From positions 28,000,001 to 28,064,000 of the forward strand of contig CP086569.2 of the NCBI GenBank assembly GCA_009914755.4: a stretch of DNA of 64,000 bases, given 5' to 3'. The translations under genes were made by a program, and so were the position numbers. Below, one piece after another: positions 28,547-43,900 of this stretch (within the stretch, counting starts at the first letter, position 1; every line of letters begins with the position of its first letter). Source of the DNA: the human T2T-CHM13v2.0 reference genome, Homo sapiens. The notes beneath the pieces were generated by a model, which had not been told where the DNA came from, ran no database searches, and saw only the letters and a list, made by a program, of their open reading frames with translations.

Positions 28547-31500
28547 CTCGAATTTCATGAAACGGAATGGAATGAATTGGAACGGAATGGACTCGAATGG
28601 AATGGAATGTCATGGAATGGCATCAAATGGAATGGCATCAAATGGAATGGAATCGAATGCAATGGAATGCTATGGAATGGAATGGAATGCATTGGAATGG
28701 AATGTCCTCTAATGGAATGGATTCGAGTGGAATGGAATCGAATATAATGGAGTCGAATGAAATGGAATTGAAAGGAATGGGATCGAATATAATGGAATAT
28801 ACTGGAATGTAATGTAATGAACTCGAATGTAATTGACTGGAATGGAATGTACATGAATGGAATGTAATCGAATGGAAAGTAATCCAATGGAATAGAATCT
28901 AATGCAATAAAATCGACTCAGATAGAGTAGAATGTAATGGAATGGAGTGCAGTGCAATGGAATGGAAAGGAATGGAATGCAATGGAATGGAATGGAATTG
29001 GATGGAATGGTATGGAATGGATAGTAATGGACTGGAATGAAATGGACTGGAAAGGAATGGACTCAAATTGAAAGGGCTCGAAAGGAATGGAGTCAAATGG
29101 AATGGTCTGGAATGGAATGAACACGAATGTAATGCAATCCAATAGAATGGAATCGAATGGCATGGAATATAAAGAAATGGAATCGAAGAGAATGGAAACA
29201 AACGGAATGGAATTGAATGGAATGGAATGGAATGGAATGGGAACGAATGGAGTGAAATTGTATGCAGTAGAAGAGAATAGAATGGAATGCAAGCGAAAGG
29301 AAAGGAATGGATTGGATTGGAATGGAATTCATTGGAATGGAAGGGAATGTAGTGTAATGGACAGGCCTGGAATAAAGTGGAATGCTACGGTCTCGAATGG
29401 AATAAAAATGTATGGAATGGAATGCAATGAAACGGAATCGAATGTCATAGAATGTAATGGAATGCAAAAAAATGGACTCCAAAATCATTGACTGGAAAGG
29501 CTGGGTGTCAAAAGGAATTGACTCCAATGGAATGGAATCGAATGGAATGGAAGTGAATAGAATCGAACTAAATCGAATGGAATGGAATTGATAGGAACGG
29601 AATGGAAAGGAATGAAATGATTTGGCATGGAATGGAATCGAATGGCATCGAATGGAATGGAATGGAATGCAATGCAATGGAATGTATTAGAATGTAATGA
29701 ACTTTAATGGAATGTACTCGAATGGATTCGACTGGAATGGAATGTTCTGGAAGTGAATGGACTCCAATGGAATGGATTCAAAAGGAATGGAATCGTACGG
29801 AATGGAATCTAATGGAATGGAATTAAATGGAAATGAATCAAATTGAATAGCACGGAATTGAATTGAATGGAATCGAATGCAATGCAATCTAATGAAACGG
29901 AAAGGAAAGGAATGGAATGGAATGGAATGGGCTGGAATGGAAAGGAATCGAAACGAATGGAATGGAATCGAACTGAAGAGACTGGAATGGAATGCACTGG
30001 AATGGAAGGGAGTGTAATGGAAGGTTCTCGAAATAAATGGAATCGAATGGAATGGAATTGAATGGAATGGAATAGAGTCGAATGGAATTGAATGGAATGG
30101 AATGGACTAGAGTGAAATGGAATCGAACCACAAGGAATGGACAGGAATAGAATGGTCTCGAATTGAATGGAATCGTATGGAATGGCATCAAACGGAATGG
30201 AATGGACAGCCACGGAATGGAATGCACTCGAATGCAATGGAGTCGAAACTAATGGACTGGAATAGAATGGACTCGACTGGTACGGACTCCAATGGAATGG
30301 AATCGAATGGAAGGGAATCGAACGGAATGGACTCGAAGGGAAAAGACTGCAATGGAAAGGTCTCGAATGGAATGGAAATTAATGGAATGGAATGGAATCG
30401 AATGAAATGGAGTCAAAAGGAATGGAATCGAATGGCAAGAAATCGAATGTAATGGAATCGCAAGGAATTGATGTGAACGGAACGGAATGGAATGGAATCC
30501 AAAGAAATGGAATAGAATGGAATGGAATCGAATGGAAAGAACTCGAATGGAAATCACTCGAATAGAATGCAATTTAATAAAATAGGATGAAATGTAATGG
30601 AATGGAATGGAAAGGAATCGAAACGAAAGGAATGGAGACAGATGGAATGGAATGGAACAGAGAGCAATGGTATAGAATGGAATGGAATCATCTGGAATGG
30701 AATTGAATGGAATGGAATAATATGAAATGGAATGGAATGGAATGGAATGCCCTTGAATTAAATGGACTGGAATGGAATGGACTCGAACAGAGTGGAATGG
30801 AAAGTGTTGAGATAGAATGGAATGGACTCCTTTGGAATGGTCTAGTATGCAATGCAATGGACTGGCAGGGAATCAAAAGGAATGTAATCGAATGGATTGG
30901 ACTGGAATGCAATGGACTCGAATAGATTGGAAACGGAATGCAAAGGAATGGAATGGAATAGTATGGAATGGAATGGAAAGGAATGGAGTGGAATAGACTA
31001 GAGTGGAATGGAATGGACTCGAAAGCAATGGACTGGAATGGAACTTTCTTGAATGGACTGGAATCAAACGGAATGGAATGCAATGCAATCAAATGGCATG
31101 GAATAAAATAGAATGAAAGAGAATCAAATGGAATTGAATCGAATGCAATCGAATGGATTGGAAAGGAATAGAATGGAATGGAATGGAATTGACTCAAATG
31201 GAATGGACTAGAATGGAATGGATTCGAATGGAAGGCAAAGGAATGGAATCTATCGGAATGGACAGCAATGGAATGGAAAGGAAGGGATTGGAATGGACTC
31301 GAATGGAATGGACTGCAATAGAAAGGATTCGAATGGAATGAAAAAGAATTGAATGGAATAGAACAGAATGGAATCAAATCGAATGAAATGGAATGGAATA
31401 GAAAGGAATGGAATGAAATGGAATGGAAAGGATTCGAATGGAATGCAATCGAATGGAATGGAATCGAACGGAATGGAATAAAATGGAAGCAAACTGGCAA

Positions 31501-32080
31501 GAAATGGAATCGAAATGAATGGAGTGTTATGGAACGGACTCCAAAGGAATTGAATGTAATAGAATGGAGTGGAGTGGACTCGAATATAATGGACTGGAAT
31601 GGAATGAAATCACATGGAATGGGAACGAATGGAATGGAATGGAAAGGAATGGAATCGAATGGAAAGGAATCGAATGGAAGGGAATGAAATTGAATCAACA
31701 GGAATGGAAGGGAATAGAATAGACGGTAATGGAATGGACTCGAATAGAATGGACACGAATGCTCAAATTGAATGGACTCGAATGGAATGGAAACGAAAGG
31801 AATGTCATCGAATGGAATGGAATCGATTGGAATGAAATCGCATAGAATGGAGTGGAATCAAATGGAATTGAATCGAAAGGAAAGGAAGCGAATGGACTGA
31901 AATGAAATGGAATGGAATTGAATGGAAAGTAAAGCAATGGAATAGAATGGAACGAAATTTCACGGAATGGAATCAAACTGAATGGAATCAAATCAATGGA
32001 ATATAATCAAATGGAATGGAAAGGAATTGAATGGAGTAGATGGGATTGGATGGGATTGGAATGAAATGTACTGGAAAGGA
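28547..32080 (+). repeat. HOR unit 9, 3534 bp (short variant, no 40-bp duplication).
   Basis: Landmark spacing is 3534 bp. There is a single copy of 'gggatggaatggtatggaatggatag' at about 28990-29030. Confidence 0.9.
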
Positions 32081-35000
32081 CTCGAATTTCATGAAACGGA
32101 ATGGAATGAATTGGAACGGAATGGACTCGAATGGAATGGAATGTCATGGAATGGCATCAAATGGAATGGCATCAAATGGAATGGAATCGAATGCAATGGA
32201 ATGCTATGGAATGGAATGGAATGCATTGGAATGGAATGTCCTCTAATGGAATGGATTCGAGTGGAATGGAATCGAATATAATGGAGTCGAATGAAATGGA
32301 ATTGAAAGGAATGGGATCGAATACAATGGAATATACTGGAATGTAATGTAATGAAGTCGAATGTAATTGACTGGAATGGAATGTACATGAATGGAATGTA
32401 ATCGAATGGAAAGTAATCCAATGGAATAGAATCTAATGCAATAAAATCGACTCAGATAGAGTAGAATGTAATGGAATGGAGTGCAGTGCAATGGAATGGA
32501 ATGGAATGGAATGCAATGGAATGGAATAGAATGGGATGGAATGGTATGGAATGGATAGTAATGGACTGGAGTGAAATGGACTGGAAAGGAATGGACTCAA
32601 ATTGAAAGGGCTCGAAAGGAATGGAGTCAAATGGAATGGTCTGGAATGGAATGAACACGAATGTAATGCAATCCAATAGAATGGAATCGAATGGCATGGA
32701 ATATAAAGAAATGGAATCGAAGAGAATGGAAACAAACGGAATGGAATTGAATGGAATGGAATTGAATGGAATGGGAACGAATGGAGTGAAATTGTATGCA
32801 GTAGAAGAGAATAGAATGGAATGCAAGCGAAAGGAAAGGAATGGATTGGAATGGAATGGAATTCATGGGAATGGAAGGGAATGTAGTGTAATGGACAGGC
32901 CTGGAATAAAGTGGAATGCTACGGTCTCGAATGGAATAAAAATGTATGGAATGGAATGCAAAGAAACGGAATCGAATGTCATAGAATGTAATGGAATGCT
33001 AAAAAATGGACTCCAAAATCATTGACTGGAAAGGCTGGGTGTCGAAAGGAATTGACTCCAATGGAATGGAATCGAATGGAATGGAAGTGAATAGAATCGA
33101 ACTAAATCGAATGGAATGGAATTGATAGGAACGGAATGGAAAGGAATGCAATGATTTGGCATGGAATGGAATCGAATGGCATCGAATGGAATGGAATGGA
33201 ATGCAATGGAATGGAATGTATTAGAATGTATGAACTTTAATGGAATGTACTCGAATGGATTCGACTGGAATGGAATGTTCTGGAAGTGAATGGACTCCAA
33301 TGGAATGGATTGAAAAGGAATGGAATCGTACGGAATGGAATCTAATGGAATGGAATTAAATGGAAATGAATCAAATTGAATAACACGGAATTGAATTGAA
33401 TGGAATCGAATGCAATGGAATCTAATGAAACGGAAAGGAAAGGAATGGAATGGAATGGAATGGGCTGGAATGGAAAGGAATCGAAACGAATGGAATAGAA
33501 TCGAACTGAAGAGACTGGAATGGAATGCACTGGAATGGAAGGGAGTGTAATGGAAGGTTCTCGAAAAAAATGGAATCGAATGGAATGGAATTGAATGGAA
33601 CGGAATAGAGTCGAATGGAATTGAATGGAATGGAATGGACTAGAGTGAAATGGAATCGAACCACAAGGAATGGACAGGAATAGAATGGTCTCGAATTGAA
33701 TGGAATCGTATGGAATGGCATCAAACGGAATGGAATGGACAGCCACGGAATGGAATGCACTCGAATGCAATGGAGTCGAAACTAATGGACTGGAATAGAA
33801 TGGACTCGACTGGTACGGACTCCAATGGAATGGAATCGAATGGAAGGGAATCGAACGGAATGGACTCGAAGGGAGAAGACTGCAATGGAAAGGTCTCGAA
33901 TGGAATGGAAATTAATGGAATGGAATGGCATCGAATGAAATGGAGTCACAAGGAATGGAATCGAATGGCAAGAAATCGAATGTAATGGAATCGCAAGGAA
34001 TTGATGTGAACGGAACGGAATGGAATGGAATCCAAAGAAATGGAATAGAATGGAATGGAATCGAATGGAAAGAACTCGAATGGAAATCACTCGAATAGAA
34101 TGCAATTTAATAAAATAGGATGAAATGTAATGGAATGGAATGGAAAGGAATCGAAACGAAAGGAATGGAGACAGATGGAATGGAATGGAACAGAGAGCAA
34201 TGGTATAGAATGGAATGGAATCATCTGGAATGGAATTGAATGGAATGGAATAATATGAAATGGAATGGAATGGAATGGAATGCCCTTGAATTAAATGGAC
34301 TGGAATGGAATGGACTCGAACAGAGTGGAATGGAAAGTGTTGAGATAGAATGGAATGGACTCCTTTGGAATGGTCTAGTATGCAATGCAATGGACTGGCA
34401 GGGAATCAAAAGGAATGTAATCGAATGGATTGGACTGGAATGCAATGGACTCGAATAGATTGGAAACGGAATGCAAAGGAATGGAATGGAATAGTATGGA
34501 ATGGAATGGAAAGGAATGGAGTGGAATAGACTAGAGTGGAATGGAATGGACTCGAAAGCAATGGACTGGAATGGAACTTTCTTGAATGGACTGGAATCAA
34601 ACGGAATGGAATGCAATGCAATCAAATGGCATGGAATAAAATAGAATGAAAGAGAATCAAATGGAATTGAATCGAATGCAATCGAATGGATTGGAAAGGA
34701 ATAGAATGGAATGGAATGGAATTGACTCAAATGGAATGGACTAGAATGGAATGGATTCGAATGGAAGGCAAAGGAATGGAATCTATTGGAATGGACAGCA
34801 ATGGAATGGAAAGGAAGGGATTGGAATGGACTCGAATGGAATGGACTGCAATAGAAAGGATTCGAATGGAATGAAAAAGAATTGAATGGAATAGAACAGA
34901 ATGGAATCAAATCGAATGAAATGGAATGGAATAGAAAGGAATGGAATGAAATGGAATGGAAAGGATTCGAATGGAATGCAATCGAATGGAATGGAATCGA

Positions 35001-35613
35001 ACGGAATGGAATAAAATGGAAGCAAACTGGCAAGAAATGGAATCGAAATGAATGGAGTGTTTTGGAACGGACTCAAAAGGAATTGAATGTAATAGAATGG
35101 AGTGGAGTGGACTCGAATATAATGGACTGGAATGGAATGAAATCACATGGAATGGGAACGAATGGAATGGAATGGAAAGGAATGGAATCGAATGGAAAGG
35201 AATCGAATGGAAGGGAATGAAATTGAATCAACAGGAATGGAAGGGAATAGAATAGACGGTAATGGAATGGACTCGAATAGAATGGACACGAATGCTCAAA
35301 TTGAATGGACTCGAATGGAATGGAAACGAAAGGAATGTCATCGAATGGAATGGAATCGATTGGAATGAAATCGCATAGAATGGAGTGGAATCAAATGGAA
35401 TTGAATCGAAAGGAAAGGAAGCGAATGGACTGAAATGAAATGGAATGGAATTGAATGGAAAGTAAAGCAATGGAATAGAATGGAACGAAATTTCACGGAA
35501 TGGAATCAAACTGAATGGAATCAAATCAATGGAATATAATCAAATGGAATGGAAAGGAATTGAATGGAGTAGATGGGATTGGATGGGATTGGAATGAAAT
35601 GTACTGGAAAGGA
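32081..35613 (+). repeat. HOR unit 10, 3533 bp (short variant with a 1-bp deletion).
   Basis: Landmark spacing is 3533 bp. It reads 'gaatgtatgaacttt' at about 33225-33240 where the other units read 'gaatgtaatgaacttt'. Confidence 0.9.
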
Positions 35614-38600
35614 CTCGAATTTCATGAAACGGAATGGAATGAATTGGAACGGAATGGACTCGAATGGAATGGAATGTCATGGAATGGCATCAAATGGAAT
35701 GGCATCAAATGGAATGGAATCGAATGCAATGGAATGCTATGGAATGGAATGGAATGCATTGGAATGGAATGTCCTCTAATGGAATGGATTCGAGTGGAAT
35801 GGAATCGAATATAATGGAGTCGAATGAAATGGAATTGAAAGGAATGGGATCGAATACAATGGAATATACTGGAATGTAATGTAATGAAGTCGAATGTAAT
35901 TGACTGGAATGGAATGTACATGAATGGAATGTAATCGAATGGAAAGTAATCCAATGGAATAGAATCAAATGCAATAAAATCGACTCAGATAGAGTAGAAT
36001 GTAATGGAATGGAGTGCAGTGCAATGGAATGGAATGGAATGGAATGCAATGGAATGGAATAGAATGGGATGGAATGGTATGGAATGGATAGTAATGGACT
36101 GGAGTGAAATGGACTGGAAAGGAATGGACTCAAATTGAAAGGGCTCGAAAGGAATGGAGTCAAATGGAATGGTCTGGAATGGAATGAACACGAATGTAAT
36201 GCAATCCAATAGAATGGAATCGAATGGCATGGAATATAAAGAAATGGAATCGAAGAGAATGGAAACAAACGGAATGGAATTGAATGGAATGGAATTGAAT
36301 GGAATGGGAACGAATGGAGTGAAATTGTATGCAGTAGAAGAGAATAGAATGGAATGCAAGCGAAAGGAAAGGAATGGATTGGAATGGAATGGAATTCATG
36401 GGAATGGAAGGGAATGTAGTGTAATGGACAGGCCTGGAATAAAGTGGAATGCTACGGTCTCGAATGGAATAAAAATGTATGGAATGGAATGCAAAGAAAC
36501 GGAATCGAATGTCATAGAATGTAATGGAATGCAAAAAAATGGACTCCAAAATCATTGACTGGAAAGGCTGGGTGTCGAAAGGAATTGACTCCAATGGAAT
36601 GGAATCGAATGGAATGGAAGTGAATAGAATCGAACTAAATCGAATGGAATGGAATTGATAGGAACGGAATGGAAAGGAATGAAATGATTTGGCATGGAAT
36701 GGAATCGAATGGCATCGAATGGAATGGAATGGAATGCAATGCAATGGAATGTATTAGAATGTAATGAACTTTAATGGAATGTACTCGAATGGATTCGACT
36801 GGAATGGAATGTTCTGGAAGTGAATGGACTCCAATGGAATGGATTGAAAAGGAATGGAATCGTACGGAATGGAATCTAATGGAATGGAATTAAATGGAAA
36901 TGAATGAAATTGAATAGCACGGAATTGAATTGAATGGAATCGAATGCAGTGGAATCTAATGAAACGGAAAGGAAAGGAATGGAATGGAATGGAATGGGCT
37001 GGAATGGAAAGGAATCGAAACGAATGGAATGGAATCGAACTGAAGAGACTGGAATGGAATGCACTGGAATGGAAGGGAGTGTAATGGAAGGTTCTCGAAA
37101 AAAATGGAATCGAATGGAATGGAATTGAATGGAACGGAATAGAGTCGAATGGAATTCAATGGAATGGAATGGACTAGAGTGAAATGGAATCGAACCAGAA
37201 GGAATGGACAGGAATAGAATGGTATCGAATTGAATGGAATCGTATGGAATGGCATCAAACGGAATGGAATGGACAGCCACGGAATGGAATGCACTCGAAT
37301 GCAATGGAGTCGAAACTAATGGACTGGAATAGAATGGACTCGACTGGTACGGACTCCAATGGAATGGAATCGAATGGAAGGGAATCGAACGGAATGGACT
37401 CGAAGGGAAAAGACTGCAATGGAAAGGTCTCGAATGGAATGGAAATTAATGGAATGGAATGGAATCGAATGAAATGGAGTCAAAAGGAATGGAATCGAAT
37501 GGCAAGAAATCGAATGTAATGGAATCGCAAGGAATTGATGTGAACGGAACGGAATGGAATGGAATCCAAAGAAATGGAATAGAATGGAATGGAATCGAAT
37601 GGAAAGAACTCGAATGGAAATCACTCGAATAGAATGCAATTTAATAAAATAGGATGAAATGTAACGGAATGGAATGGAAAGGAATCGAAACGAAAGGAAT
37701 GGAGACAGATGGAATGGAATGGAACAGAGAGCAATGGTATAGAATGGAATGGAATCATCTGGAATGGAATTGAATGGAATGGAATAATATGAAATGGAAT
37801 GGAATGGAATGGAATGCCCTTGAATTAAATGGACTGGAATGGAATGGACTCTAACAGAGTGGAATGGAAAGTGTTGAGATAGAATGGAATGGACTCCTTT
37901 GGAATGGTCTAGTATGCAATGCAATGGACTGGCAGGGAATCAAAAGGAATGTAATCGAATGGATTGGACTGGAATGCAATGGACTCGAATAGATTGGAAA
38001 CGGAATGCAAAGGAATGGAATGGAATAGTATGGAATGGAATGGAAAGGAATGGAGTGGAATAGACTAGAGTGGAATGGAATGGACTCGAAAGCAATGGAC
38101 TGGAATGGAACTTTCTTGAATGGACTGGAATCAAACGGAATGGAATGCAATGCAATCAAATGGCATGGAATAAAATAGAATGAAAGAGAATCAAATGGAA
38201 TTGAATCGAATGCAATCGAATGGATTGGAAAGGAATAGAATGGAATGGAATGGAATTGACTCAAATGGAATGGACTAGAATGGAATGGATTCGAATGGAA
38301 GGCAAAGGAATGGAATCTATCGGAATGGACAGCAATGGAATGGAAAGGAAGGGATTGGAATGGACTCGAATGGAATGGACTGCAATAGAAAGGATTCGAA
38401 TGGAATGAAAAAGAATTGAATGGAATAGAACAGAATGGAATCAAATCGAATGAAATGGAATGGAATAGAAAGGAATGGAATGAAATGGAATGGAAAGGAT
38501 TCGAATGGAATGCAATCGAATGGAATGGAATCGAACGGAATGGAATAAAATGGAAGCAAACTGGCAAGAAATGGAATCGAAATGAATGGAGTGTTATGGA

Positions 38601-39147
38601 ACGGACTCCAAAGGAATTGAATGTAATAGAATGGAGTGGAGTGGACTCGAATATAATGGACTGGAATGGAATGAAATCACATGGAATGGGAACGAATGGA
38701 ATGGAATGGAAAGGAATGGAATCGAATGGAAAGGAATCGAATGGAAGGGAATGAAATTGAATCAACAGGAATGGAAGGGAATAGAATAGACGGTAATGGA
38801 ATGGACTCGAATAGAATGGACACGAATGCTCAAATTGAATGGACTCGAATGGAATGGAAACGAAAGGAATGTCATCGAATGGAATTGAATCGATTGGAAT
38901 GAAATCGCATAGAATGGAGTGGAATCAAATGGAATTGAATCGAAAGGAAAGGAAGCGAATGGACTGAAATGAAATGGAATGGAATTGAATGGAAAGTAAA
39001 GCAATGGAATAGAATGGAACGAAATTTCACGGAATGGAATCAAACTGAATGGAATCAAATCAATGGAATATAATCAAATGGAATGGAAAGGAATTGAATG
39101 GAGTAGATGGGATTGGATGGGATTGGAATGAAATGTACTGGAAAGGA
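35614..39147 (+). repeat. HOR unit 11, 3534 bp (short variant).
   Basis: Landmark spacing is 3534 bp. Confidence 0.9.
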
Positions 39148-40991
39148 CTCGAATTTCATGAAACGGAATGGAATGAATTGGAACGGAATGGACTCGAATG
39201 GAATGGAATGTCATGGAATGGCATCAAATGGAATGGCATCAAATGGAATGGAATCGAATGCAATGGAATGCTATGGAATGGAATGGAATGCATTGGAATG
39301 GAATGTCCTCTAATGGAATGGATTCGAGTGGAATGGAATCGAATATAATGGAGTCGAATGAAATGGAATCTCAAGGAATTGATGTGAACGGAACGGAATG
39401 GAATGGAATCCAAAGAAATGGAATAGAATGGAATGGAATCGAATGGAAAGAACTCGAATGGAAATCACTCGAATAGAATGCAATTTAATAAAATAGGATG
39501 AAATGTAACGGAATGGAATGGAAAGGAATCGAAACGAAAGGAATGGAGACAGATGGAATGGAATGGAACAGAGAGCAATGGTATAGAATGGAATGGAATC
39601 ATCTGGAATGGAATTGAATGGAATGGAATAATATGAAATGGAATGGAATGGAATGGAATGCCCTTGAATTAAATGGACTGGAATGGAATGGACTCGAACA
39701 GAGTGGAATGGAAAGTGTTGAGATAGAATGGAATGGACTCCTTTGGAATGGTCTAGTATGCAATGCAATGGACTGGCAGGGAATCAAAAGGAATGTAATC
39801 GAATGGATTGGACTGGAATGCAATGGACTCGAATAGATTGGAAACGGAATGCAAAGGAATGGAATGGAATAGTATGGAATGGAATGGAAAGGAATGGAGT
39901 GGAATAGACTAGAGTGGAATGGAATGGACTCGAAAGCAATGGACTGGAATGGAACTTTCTTGAATGGACTGGAATCAAACGGAATGGAATGCAATGCAAT
40001 CAAATGGCATGGAATAAAATAGAATGAAAGAGAATCAAATGGAATTGAATCGAATGCAATCGAATGGATTGGAAAGGAATAGAATGGAATGGAATGGAAT
40101 TGACTCAAATGGAATGGACTAGAATGGAATGGATTCGAATGGAAGGCAAAGGAATGGAATCTATCGGAATGGACAGCAATGGAATGGAAAGGAAGGGATT
40201 GGAATGGACTCGAATGGAATGGACTGCAATAGAAAGGATTCGAATGGAATGAAAAAGAATTGAATGGAATAGAACAGAATGGAATCAAATCGAATGAAAT
40301 GGAATGGAATAGAAAGGAATGGAATGAAATGGAATGGAAAGGATTCGAATGGAATGCAATCGAATGGAATGGAATCGAACGGAATGGAATAAAATGGAAG
40401 CAAACTGGCAAGAAATGGAATCGAAATGAATGGAGTGTTATGGAACGGACTCCAAAGGAATTGAATGTAATAGAATGGAGTGGAGTGGACTCGAATATAA
40501 TGGACTGGAATGGAATGAAATCACATGGAATGGGAACGAATGGAATGGAATGGAAAGGAATGGAATCGAATGGAAAGGAATCGAATGGAAGGGAATGAAA
40601 TTGAATCAACAGGAATGGAAGGGAATAGAATAGACGGTAATGGAATGGACTCGAATAGAATGGACACGAATGCTCAAATTGAATGGACTCGAATGGAATG
40701 GAAACGAAAGGAATGTCATCGAATGGAATTGAATCGATTGGAATGAAATGGCATAGAATGGAGTGGAATCAAATGGAATTGAATCGAAAGGAAAGGAAGC
40801 GAATGGACTGAAATGAAATGGAATGGAATTGAATGGAAAGTAAAGCAATGGAATAGAATGGAACGAAATTTCACGGAATGGAATCAAACTGAATGGAATC
40901 AAATCAATGGAATATAATCAAATGGAATGGAAAGGAATTGAATGGAGTAGATGGGATTGGATGGGATTGGAATGAAATGTACTGGAAAGGA
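39148..40991 (+). repeat. HOR unit 12, truncated to 1844 bp by a ~1690-bp internal deletion.
   Basis: Landmark spacing is only 1844 bp. At about 39363-39375, 'cgaatgaaatggaatc|tcaaggaattgatgtgaacgg' joins unit offset ~220 directly to offset ~1911. This unit has no GGCC site. Confidence 0.85.
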
Positions 40992-43900
40992 CTCGAATTT
41001 CATGAAACGGAATGGAATGAATTGGAACGGAATGGACTCGAATGGAATGGAATGTCATGGAATGGCATCAAATGGAATGGCATCAAATGGAATGGAATCG
41101 AATGCAATGGAATGCTATGGAATGGAATGGAATGCATTGGAATGGAATGTCCTCTAATGGAATGGATTCGAGTGGAATGGAATCGAATATAATGGAGTCG
41201 AATGAAATGAAATTGAAAGGAATGGGATCGAATACAATGGAATATACTGGAATGTAATGTAATGAACTCGAATGTAATTGACTGGAATGGAATGTACATG
41301 AATGGAATGTAATCGAATGGAAAGTAATCCAATGGAATAGAATCTAATGCAATAAAATCGACTCAGATAGAGTAGAATGTAATGGAATGGAGTGCAGTGC
41401 AATGGAATGGAATGGAATGGAATGCAATGGAATGGAATGGAATGGGATGGAATGGTATGGAATGGATAGTAATGGACTGGAGTGAAATGGACTGGAAAGG
41501 AATGGACTCAAATTGAAAGGGCTCGAAAGGAATGGAGTCAAATGGAATGGTCTGGAATGAAATGAACACGAATGTAATGCAATCCAATAGAATGGAATCG
41601 AATGGCATGGAATATAAAGAAATGGAATCGAAGAGAATGGAAACAAACGGAATGGAATTGAATGGAATGGAATTGAATGGAATGGGAACGAATGGAGTGA
41701 AATTGTATGCAGTAGAAGAGAATAGAATGGAATGCAAGCGAAAGGAAAGGAATGGATTGGAATGGAATGGAATTCATTGGAATGGAAGGGAATGTAGTGT
41801 AATGGACAGGCCTGGAATAAAGTGGAATGCTACGGTCTCGAATGGAATAAAAATGTATGGAATGGAATGCAAAGAAACGGAATCGAATGTCATAGAATGT
41901 AATGGAATGCAAAAAAATGGACTCCAAAATCATTGACTGGAAAGGCTGGGTGTCGAAAGGAATTGACTCCAATGGAATGGAATCGAATGGAATGGAAGTG
42001 AATAGAATCGAACTAAATCGAATGGAATGGAATTGATAGGAACGGAATGGAAAGGAATGAAATGATTTGGCATGGAATGGAATCGAATGGCATCGAATGG
42101 AATGGAATGGAATGCAATGCAATGGAATGTATTAGAATGTAATGAACTTTAATGGAATGTACTCGAATGGATTCGACTGGAATGGAATGTTCTGGAAGTG
42201 AATGGACTCCAATGGAATGGATTCAAAAGGAATGGAATCGTACGGAATGGAATCTAATGGAATGGAATTAAATGGAAATGAATCAAATTGAATAGCACGG
42301 AATTGAATTGAATGGAATCGAATGCAATGGAATCTAATGAAACGGAAAGGAAAGGAATGGAATGGAATGGAATGGGCTGGAATGGAAAGGAATCGAAACG
42401 AATGGAATGGAATCGAACTGAAGAGACTGGAATGGAATGCACTGGAATGGAAGGGAGTGTAATGGAAGGTTCTCGAAAAAAATGGAATCGAATGGAATGG
42501 AATTGAATGGAACGGAATAGAGTCGAATGGAATTGAATGGAATGGAATGGACTAGAGTGAAATGGAATCGAACCACAAGGAATGGACAGGAATAGAATGG
42601 TCTCGAATTGAATGGAATCGTATGGAATGGCATCAAACGGAATGGAATGGACAGCCACGGAATGGAATGCACTCGAATGCAATGGAGTCGAAACTAATGG
42701 ACTGGAATAGAATGGACTCGACTGGTACGGACTCCAATGGAATGGAATCGAATTGAAGGGAATCGAACGGAATGGACTCGAAGGGAAAAGACTGCAATGG
42801 AAAGGTCTCGAATGGAATGGAAATTAATGGAATGGAATGGAATCGAATGAAATGGAGTCAAAAGGAATGGAATCGAATGGCAAGAAATCGAATGTAATGG
42901 AATCGCAAGGAATTGATGTGAACGGAACGGAATGGAATGGAATCCAAAGAAATGGAATAGAATGGAATGGAATCGAATGGAAAGAACTCGAATGGAAATC
43001 ACTCGAATAGAATGCAATTTAATAAAATAGGATGAAATGTAATGGAATGGAATGGAAAGGAATCGAAACGAAAGGAATGGAGACAGATGGAATGGAATGG
43101 AACAGAGAGCAATGGTATAGAATGGAATGGAATCATCTGGAATGGAATTGAATGGAATGGAATAATATGAAATGGAATGGAATGGAATGGAATGCCCTTG
43201 AATTAAATGGACTGGAATGGAATGGACTCGAACAGAGTGGAATGGAAAGTGTTGAGATAGAATGGAATGGACTCCTTTGGAATGGTCTAGTATGCAATGC
43301 AATGGACTGGCAGGGAATCAAAAGGAATGTAATCGAATGGATTGGACTGGAATGCAATGGACTCGAATAGATTGGAAACGGAATGCAAAGGAATGGAATG
43401 GAATAGTATGGAATGGAATGGAAAGGAATGGAGTGGAATAGACTAGAGTGGAATGGAATGGACTCGAAAGCAATGGACTGGAATGGAACTTTCTTGAATG
43501 GACTGGAATCAAACGGAATGGAATGCAATGCAATCAAATGGCATGGAATAAAATAGAATGAAAGAGAATCAAATGGAATTGAATCGAATGGAATCGAATG
43601 GATTGGAAAGGAATAGAATGGAATGGAATGGAATTGACTCAAATGGAATGGACTAGAATGGAATGGATTCGAATGGAAGGCAAAGGAATGGAATCTATCG
43701 GAATGGACAGCAATGGAATGGAAAGGAAGGGATTGGAATGGACTCGAATGGAATGGACTGCAATAGAAAGGATTCGAATGGAATGAAAAAGAATTGAATG
43801 GAATAGAACAGAATGGAATCAAATCGAATGAAATGGAATGGAATAGAAAGGAATGGAATGAAATGGAATGGAAAGGATTCGAATGGAATGCAATCGAATG

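Noticed and set aside
39148-40991. The short unit 12 as an assembly collapse or a chimeric join.
   Set aside because: I cannot exclude this from sequence alone. The junction is clean and sits at 8-9 bp of microhomology, and the flanking units are intact with exact 3534-bp spacing. I therefore report it as a probable genuine deletion variant and flag it for long-read verification.
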